From positions 115,976 to 179,975 of IMG/VR virus record IMGVR_UViG_3300026488_000012: DNA of 64,000 nucleotides; one strand, 5' to 3'. The notes beneath the pieces are model-generated. The model was not told the origin of the DNA. It saw nothing but the letters and a program-made list of their open reading frames with translations, and made no database searches. Shown here in pieces: positions 58,414-64,000 of the stretch; positions within the stretch are counted from its first letter, which is position 1, and every line of letters begins with the position of its first letter. This stretch comes from a virus. Both the position numbers and the translations under genes were made by a program.

Positions 58414-59055
58414 ATGATGATGAAATTTTTAGAGGACTTAGTATTAAATATTGTAGAAGGGAATTTGTTCCCTTCTAAAGAGGAGTTATTATATTCTAAG
58501 AAAAAACAAATGAGTGAAGAAGAGGTTATGGAGCTAATAGTTGGCGGTATTGTAAATAGAGATTTTATAACGGATTTCAGCTGGATGATGCCTACTGAAG
58601 ATAATATACAAAAACTGTATAAACTATTAAAAGGTAAGAAGGTACTGGAGATAAACGCTGGTACCGGATTAATCGCTAATAGATTAAATAAGTTAGGGAT
58701 TGATATAACTGCTACTGATAAAAGTTCTGAAAAATTCAACGAGGTAGCCGAGACCTTTAGGATACACACAGAAGGAAATATTCCTGTGATAGAAAAAGAT
58801 GCGTTATCAGCTATGAGTGAATTCGATTACGATGTTATATTAAGTATATGGCCTCCTTATAAGGACGACTATATGCATAAAGTTTTAGAGAAATTACCAA
58901 GAGGTAAGGAGCTTGTTGTGGTCGGTGAAGGAATGGGAGGCTGTGTGTCTAACGACGCATTCTGGACAATGTTAGAGTCTATGGAATATGATTTCATTCC
59001 TATAGACACTTGGCCTGGTATCCATGACGCAATATGGAGAGTTACTAAGGAGTAA
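58414..59055 (+). CDS. class I SAM-dependent methyltransferase-like protein
   Basis: VLEINAGTG (motif I), ITATD, DALSA, SIWPPY, VVGEG.GGC. Confidence 0.75.
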   Translation: MMMKFLEDLVLNIVEGNLFPSKEELLYSKKKQMSEEEVMELIVGGIVNRDFITDFSWMMPTEDNIQKLYKLLKGKKVLEINAGTGLIANRLNKLGIDITATDKSSEKFNEVAETFRIHTEGNIPVIEKDALSAMSEFDYDVILSIWPPYKDDYMHKVLEKLPRGKELVVVGEGMGGCVSNDAFWTMLESMEYDFIPIDTWPGIHDAIWRVTKE

Positions 59056-59070
59056 TTACTCCTTAGTAAC
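59041..59070. terminator. perfect 30-bp palindrome, bidirectional, contains both stop codons
   Basis: GTTACTAAGGAGTAA/TTACTCCTTAGTAAC. Confidence 0.8.
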
Positions 59071-59847
59071 TTTTTTCAAATTAGGCTTATACTCTAATAA
59101 TTTTATTTCTTTTTCGTAAAATACCGAAATATCCTCATAATCAAAATCACTTTCTAATTCGCTACTATAGATAGATTCAACTATATCTATAAGTTCGTAT
59201 TGGTCCTCTAATTTATCAGTTAGGACTTTTCTACCCCTATACCAAGTATTATCAGTACTAGTTATTTTATCAAATGGTAAGAGTATTAATGAATCAGGAT
59301 AGTATATCCTTCTAAATCTTCTATCCACATACGTATTTAATTTAATAACTTCATCGACGTCTGTCGTCTTTTTACTGAATACCAAGAATCCTTTGTCTAT
59401 CTTGTTTAGATTATCTATATAGACTGTTTTATAGTTAAACCTTATAATATCGTAATATTTTGTTCCGTTAAGTTTATAAGCAATTATAGCTGATCTGTCA
59501 TAAGCTAAATACTCTATAAGATCTTTCATAGTTTCGATTTTTACCTGTAATAAACCATATTTACTATAATCCGGTATAATCTCTACAATACCCTCAAGTC
59601 TTAATAGATGTAATTTTCTCATATCGAACATTACTAATACAAAGTTTGCGAATTCTGATAAGTTATATTTATTTATTATGCCATTGATATGTATAGTTCC
59701 TAAAATATCAGTACTTATTTGTAAGTCACTTACACCATATAAATACTCATCTGGTATTTTAGACTCCTTTAACACTCCTGCTAATTCTATTATGCCTATG
59801 CTTATATTAATTCTTATGGTTTGTTCACTTAGTATTCTACTATACAT
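59056..59847 (-). CDS. hypothetical protein (263 aa)
   Basis: AAAAAGGAG SD on the minus strand. Confidence 0.75.
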   Translation of the reverse strand: MYSRILSEQTIRINISIGIIELAGVLKESKIPDEYLYGVSDLQISTDILGTIHINGIINKYNLSEFANFVLVMFDMRKLHLLRLEGIVEIIPDYSKYGLLQVKIETMKDLIEYLAYDRSAIIAYKLNGTKYYDIIRFNYKTVYIDNLNKIDKGFLVFSKKTTDVDEVIKLNTYVDRRFRRIYYPDSLILLPFDKITSTDNTWYRGRKVLTDKLEDQYELIDIVESIYSSELESDFDYEDISVFYEKEIKLLEYKPNLKKVTKE

Positions 59848-59886
59848 ATTGTCTCCTTTTTTTATTTTTATTTCAATACAGTTGTA

Positions 59887-59903
59887 TATAATTAATTTGT
59901 AAC
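59887..59903 (+). promoter_or_regulatory. early promoter variant
   Basis: TATAATTAATTTGTAAC + A-tract + AAGGAG. Confidence 0.5.
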
Positions 59904-59931
59904 AACAAAAATAAAAAAAAAAGGAGTAGAA

Positions 59932-60303
59932 ATGAAAAAAGATTTATTTAAAATTTATGGAGTTAAGACCGAGGTAGAAATAGATGGTGAAATTGTTAAA
60001 AGATTTGTTGGTAGCATAAGGTTGGATTTAAGAATTACTCTAAAGGAAGTGTTTCCAGTTGTGTATTTTAAATCCAGTCCTGATGGTTATAGTAAAAATT
60101 TGGGCTGTCATCTATTCGGACAACCAGATGTCTGGAAAGGTGTTGTAGGGGTAATTCCGTTAAGTAATAAGGATGTAACAGTCTATTATGAAAACTATAG
60201 ATCTCCTCTCAGTAAAGAGGAGGTACAAGAGGTATTGTCCCCTGTATTAGATGTGTTAAAGAAAGATGGGGTTATAAAAGATTATAAAATAATCGACAGC
60301 TAG
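59932..60303 (+). CDS. early hypothetical protein
   Basis: Promoter cassette, SD, terminator 60298-60317. Confidence 0.75.
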   Translation: MKKDLFKIYGVKTEVEIDGEIVKRFVGSIRLDLRITLKEVFPVVYFKSSPDGYSKNLGCHLFGQPDVWKGVVGVIPLSNKDVTVYYENYRSPLSKEEVQEVLSPVLDVLKKDGVIKDYKIIDS

Positions 60304-60374
60304 GACTTATCCTAGCTATTTTTTTTTCTTTTTGATGACTTTAATGTTTTATAAGGATATCTAAGGAGTTTGAG

Positions 60375-61022
60375 ATGGCTGATCCAAATACAATACATCA
60401 AACAACATCTTCCATATTTGAATCAGGTTTAATAGAGATCGTTATAGCTATTATAGGATTTGGAGGATCTATATTTGCGTCTATGAGAATAGCTGAGAGT
60501 AAGATAAAAAACCTATATAAAGAAGTTGAGAATACCATACCTAATTATGTAAATAATTCAGTAAACCACTTAGGAGATATGCTTACAATAAAGATAGAAT
60601 CTATTATAAAAGATATAGAGAAGATAATAACAGATTCACAAGCTTCAGATTCTGCATTAGAAAGAAAAATAAATGAAGACGTTTCAGCTTTAAAAGAAGA
60701 AATAAGAGAAAAATACGAGATTTTCGAGAACTATAAAAAACTTCTATTTCAAAAATATGATAATCTACATGACTCCATACTAGAATTTAATAAAGTCGTA
60801 CACGACTTGAAAACCGAGATAACGGTATTTAAAGAAAAATACATATCCAAGACAGACGCTAATTCCGAGTATACGACTAAAGAGACTTTTAATATATATA
60901 AGAACCAAGTAGATGGTTCAATAAACAGATTAGAAAATACAATGGAAAAAGTATTAGACAAAATAGGTAACCTTGATGAATCTATAAGTGAAGTACTAAT
61001 ATCGCTAAGTAAAAGGAGTTAA
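60375..61022 (+). CDS. membrane-anchored coiled-coil protein
   Basis: TM IEIVIAIIGFGGSIFA then heptads. Confidence 0.7.
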   Translation: MADPNTIHQTTSSIFESGLIEIVIAIIGFGGSIFASMRIAESKIKNLYKEVENTIPNYVNNSVNHLGDMLTIKIESIIKDIEKIITDSQASDSALERKINEDVSALKEEIREKYEIFENYKKLLFQKYDNLHDSILEFNKVVHDLKTEITVFKEKYISKTDANSEYTTKETFNIYKNQVDGSINRLENTMEKVLDKIGNLDESISEVLISLSKRS

Positions 61023-61024
61023 CA

Positions 61025-61330
61025 ATGTCTAGTTGGAGAAATAGTAAGGAATATAGAGAATGGCATAATAAAGTAATAGAAAGAGATGGTAAATGTGTAA
61101 TATGTGGTTCAAAAGAGAGACTACAAACACACCATCTTAACCACGCTTCGTATTTCAAAGATCAAAGATTCGATATCAATAACGGAGTAACGTTGTGTTA
61201 TCATTGCCATATGAACTTCCATAATAACTTTAAAAGAAGTTATAGACAGAAATGTACTAAATACGATTTCGAGAATTTTAAAGTATTAGCAGAATATTTT
61301 AAAGGAGTATTCAATGGGTCTAAAGATTAA
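61025..61330 (+). CDS. HNH endonuclease (zinc-finger type)
   Basis: CVICG..LQTHH..FDINNGVTLCYHCH..FH. Confidence 0.88.
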   Translation: MSSWRNSKEYREWHNKVIERDGKCVICGSKERLQTHHLNHASYFKDQRFDINNGVTLCYHCHMNFHNNFKRSYRQKCTKYDFENFKVLAEYFKGVFNGSKD

Positions 61331-61550
61331 TTTACAAGACATAAAACAAAATAAAGAACTACATATAGAAAGTACTGAAATAGAGGAATTGAGAAAACTA
61401 GTTATGAGTCTCGTAAAGAAGAATGAAGAACTTAGTGATAAAATCACTAAACTTGAATTAGAGTTAAATAACGTTAAATCTATCGTAAATAAATACGAAG
61501 AAAAAACAGAAGAGATTTTAGATAACAACGATAGTGAATTTTATTATTAG
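61314..61550 (+). CDS. small coiled-coil protein
   Basis: Heptad repeats; AAGGAG. Confidence 0.7.
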   Translation: MGLKINLQDIKQNKELHIESTEIEELRKLVMSLVKKNEELSDKITKLELELNNVKSIVNKYEEKTEEILDNNDSEFYY

Positions 61551-61562
61551 AAAGGAGTAAGA

Positions 61563-61910
61563 ATGAAAAAGAAAAGAACGATTATTCTTATAACGGCTTT
61601 GATTGTGTATTTTGTTTATACATTAGCATTAGACCCTAATGTAAAACTATTAGAAAATCTTCCTGTAGGTGGAGGATTGTTATTAACTATCCAGATATTT
61701 TTAATGGTTGCGGTAGGATTGATTATTATAGAGACTGTCACAGATTTCTATACTGATAAGTATTTTAAGATATTTGAAGAGGAAAATATGGATGACGTTA
61801 TTAAAAATAACCCTATCGCATTAGCTATTTATATGTTGGCTTGGAGCTTAAGAATTTTAGCATATGCTGTATTAACCGGATTCACTATTTATGCATACAT
61901 AGGGAGTTAA
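61563..61910 (+). CDS. 3-TM membrane protein (DUF350-like C-terminus)
   Basis: NNPIALAIYMLA; hydrophobic helices. Confidence 0.6.
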   Translation: MKKKRTIILITALIVYFVYTLALDPNVKLLENLPVGGGLLLTIQIFLMVAVGLIIIETVTDFYTDKYFKIFEEENMDDVIKNNPIALAIYMLAWSLRILAYAVLTGFTIYAYIGS

Positions 61911-61928
61911 ACTAACTCCCTATGTATG
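61894..61928 (+). terminator. terminator built from the last codons of the ORF
   Basis: CATACATAGGGAGTT-aaact-AACTCCCTATGTATG 15-bp stem. Confidence 0.75.
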
Positions 61929-61952
61929 TTAAACTTAATTAATTTTTAATAC

Positions 61953-61970
61953 TACATAACTAAACTGAAT
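61953..61970 (+). promoter_or_regulatory. early promoter variant
   Basis: TACATAACTAAACTGAAT + A-tract + AAGGAG. Confidence 0.5.
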
Positions 61971-61998
61971 TAAACAAATAAGAAAAAAAGGAGTAAAC

Positions 61999-63075
61999 AT
62001 GGATAAAAGAAAATGTACACCAGGAGTATGTTTAGAAAAATGTTTGGAATGTAACAAAAAGGGACTAGGCTGTTGTGATACAGCTGTTCCTTTTAAAGAC
62101 GAGGAACTAGCAAAAGTTCATTTTGAAAATAGTCTTATAAGCGAAATGAGTGATGAGATACAGATAGTGAGAGGTGATGATAATTACTTATACGTGGTGA
62201 GTAAAGAAGATGTGACCGGTAGTAAAGTGGTTTTATCGGATAGACCTTGTGTTTTCTTCGACGGAGAAACATATAAATGTAAAATATATGATCACAGACC
62301 CGAAGCCTGTAGAAAGTATGGTGAAGTAAATAATCCTTGTATTTTTACAAATATAGACGTTGAGGATGTTAAAAACATTGAATTAGGAAAAGAAAAAATA
62401 AGAGACATCAAAATAGAAAGGATTCTATCTAAGCACAAGAATAGATTAGTGAGGTCATATTTGTCTCTCAAATTTCCTAAAATCAAGAAGTTTAGTAAAA
62501 AAGATTTGAAAAACATGAAAGAAGAGATGCTGTTATATCTTGTTATAAATGCTATTAATTTATTAGAGGACAAAGAACAAGGTAGTAGCGTTTGTCCAGA
62601 GTTGTTTGAATTTACATATAAATATCAATTAGTTATGATAAACAATACGCAGATATCTTCTATTAAATTAAAACAAATGAGTGCTAACCATGATGCTTTT
62701 AAAGGATTTGATAGAACCTATAATATCCTTAATAGGAAGTTCGTAATGAGAGACCCTATGTATCTCCAGATATTAGTAGGTAAACTCAAAAGAGTATTGA
62801 GCGGTGTAGAAGTATCAGAGATAAAAGAAATACCAAAAAATAGTGTTATAGGTAGAGTAGGTGAAGCTGTTGTTTTACTAGACTTATGGAAAACTAAGTA
62901 TAAGAACAAGTCCAATAGTTATAAGGGTATAATAAATGAGGACAATATATATAAACTAAAGAAATGGATTAATAAAGAGTTAGGAAGCGAGAGTTTAATA
63001 AATCCAGCAACAGGGTTTATTAAATTATACGAAAATGGTGAAAGAATTTACAAAGCTATATTAAAACAAAAATAA
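61999..63075 (+). CDS. YkgJ/UPF0153 (CxxCxxCC) Fe-S/zinc cluster protein with C-terminal extension
   Basis: CLECNKKGLGCCD...PCVFF..CKIYDHRPEACRKY. Confidence 0.8.
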   Translation: MDKRKCTPGVCLEKCLECNKKGLGCCDTAVPFKDEELAKVHFENSLISEMSDEIQIVRGDDNYLYVVSKEDVTGSKVVLSDRPCVFFDGETYKCKIYDHRPEACRKYGEVNNPCIFTNIDVEDVKNIELGKEKIRDIKIERILSKHKNRLVRSYLSLKFPKIKKFSKKDLKNMKEEMLLYLVINAINLLEDKEQGSSVCPELFEFTYKYQLVMINNTQISSIKLKQMSANHDAFKGFDRTYNILNRKFVMRDPMYLQILVGKLKRVLSGVEVSEIKEIPKNSVIGRVGEAVVLLDLWKTKYKNKSNSYKGIINEDNIYKLKKWINKELGSESLINPATGFIKLYENGERIYKAILKQK

Positions 63076-63090
63076 TCGAAAAGGAACTAT

Positions 63091-63543
63091 ATGGAAAAAC
63101 ATACATTAAGGAATGAAAGAACGGGTAAAATCAGATATCTAGAAGATGTAGAAAGAATATACGAAGACGAATACCCGATTTATTATGCCTGGGCTATAGA
63201 ACTGGATTTTACTGTAAATAAGAAAAATATGAAATACTTCTATAAGACCATTAAAAGATACATGGTCGATGAGTATAGTATGTTTTCACATACAGTAATT
63301 GACGGTATTAAAATAATTGACTATGTTTTAGGTAATAAGTATAGAAAAATAGATTCTATACTTAGATATCAGAAAGCAATTAAGCATGATACTGATTATC
63401 CTGAGTTAGAAAGTGTTATTATACTTAATCTTATCGAAGAACCTGTTTTGGTAGAATACCTGGAGGACATAAAAACGATGATGGATGAAATCCTATACAA
63501 GATGAAGGATGTAGGATTAATAAATAAACTACAAGGAGGCTGA
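63091..63543 (+). CDS. hypothetical protein
   Basis: AAGGA SD. Confidence 0.7.
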   Translation: MEKHTLRNERTGKIRYLEDVERIYEDEYPIYYAWAIELDFTVNKKNMKYFYKTIKRYMVDEYSMFSHTVIDGIKIIDYVLGNKYRKIDSILRYQKAIKHDTDYPELESVIILNLIEEPVLVEYLEDIKTMMDEILYKMKDVGLINKLQGG

Positions 63544-63544
63544 T

Positions 63545-63856
63545 ATGGATAAAAAAGTAGTTGGAGCAGATATTACTCTAGAGAGAGTTACGTTGGTAGA
63601 AAAGGTTAAATTAGATGGTAGACACAGGTTAATAGTTGCACATATAAAGGTAAAATTCACAGATAACGATGTTAAAAGTAGCTGGGTAGAATTGTACGAT
63701 GTTACTTATAGTAACCCTAAGTATGTAATGGAGCAACTTGGAAAACTTAAAAAACAATTAGAGGGAAATAAGTACATCTATAAAGGACCTAAGAAATTGA
63801 GATATGATATACTAAGAAGAATGTTTATAAATAACAGCAAGATAAAAGAACTGTAG
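63545..63856 (+). CDS. hypothetical protein
   Basis: AAGGAGG SD. Confidence 0.7.
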   Translation: MDKKVVGADITLERVTLVEKVKLDGRHRLIVAHIKVKFTDNDVKSSWVELYDVTYSNPKYVMEQLGKLKKQLEGNKYIYKGPKKLRYDILRRMFINNSKIKEL

Positions 63857-63882
63857 CAAGAGAGTTGATATCAACTCTCTTG
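63857..63882 (+). terminator. perfect 26-bp palindrome terminator (GATATC centre)
   Basis: CAAGAGAGTTGAT/ATCAACTCTCTTG. Confidence 0.75.
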
Positions 63883-63998
63883 TTATTTCAAATTTTTTCA
63901 TTTATGTATTACTAAACTGTAACAAAACAAAAAACCTCTCTACCAAGTACTGCTCCTCTGGTGTGAAGGAGAAGGTCGAGACTAACCCCGGTGGTATA
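63875..63998 (+). repeat. 124-bp direct repeat, copy 2
   Basis: Identical to 8293-8416; continues past the window end. Confidence 0.93.
63905..63923 (+). promoter_or_regulatory. early promoter
   Basis: TGTATTACTAAACTGTAAC. Confidence 0.7.
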
Positions 63999-64000
63999 GG
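63933..64000 (+). ncRNA. structured 5'-leader RNA, variant A second copy (truncated by window edge)
   Basis: Identical to 8351-8416 except one fewer A in the apical loop. Confidence 0.75.

Noticed and set aside
16030-60340. Late-promoter consensus (T-run followed by TGATG/TATG upstream of structural genes at about 16040, 31450, 48880, 50140, 60330)
   Set aside because: The matches are too short and inconsistent to define a motif without TSS data.
1-64000. Antisense or nested ORFs in the track (e.g. 807-, 3918-, 6152-, 13631-, 18178+, 20555-, 21941-, 26767-, 32874-, 41884-, 43183-, 58383-)
   Set aside because: They lie opposite longer motif-bearing genes, have no SD, and show the S/I/L/F-rich composition typical of shadow frames.
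1-64000. Stop-codon reassignment (recoded jumbo phage)
   Set aside because: Standard-code ORFs tile the window densely, conserved genes are uninterrupted, and TAA, TAG and TGA all terminate genes followed by terminators.
1-64000. tRNA, rRNA, CRISPR array, introns or inteins, DGR
   Set aside because: No cloverleaf/T-loop, regularly spaced repeats, in-frame intein motifs or reverse transcriptase were seen; RNAP, DnaB and NrdA are of uninterrupted length.

Overview
A 64-kb slice of an AT-rich (roughly 28-33% GC in sampled lines) phiKZ-related jumbo myovirus genome. Recognisable core genes: three non-virion RNAP subunits (6048, 10227, 23886), one virion RNAP beta'-like subunit (29038), SF2 and DnaB helicases, major capsid protein, the exonuclease-bearing half of a split family-B DNA polymerase, a tail-fibre/chaperone module, NrdAB, a divergent ThyX, dNMP kinase and a MazG-like NTP pyrophosphatase. 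Accessory genes are organised as modular cassettes: terminator hairpin, T-tract, TATTAC-type early promoter, A-tract, AAGGAG, ORF. The most striking signal is a family of ~120-130 nt GC-rich 5'-leader RNAs (8351-8471, 26687-26819, and a truncated copy at 63933-64000). These lie between an early promoter and the SD, show compensatory covariation in several stems, and conserve a sarcin-ricin/loop-E motif and a K-turn-like loop. I do not recognise them as a known family. Two candidate -1 programmed frameshifts were also found: U_UUU_UUU in a G/GT-like tail-chaperone pair, and A_AAA_AAG at a stop codon followed by a start-less 97-codon frame. No tRNA, rRNA, CRISPR array, intron or intein was seen. 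Protein assignments come from motif and synteny recall, not from database searches.
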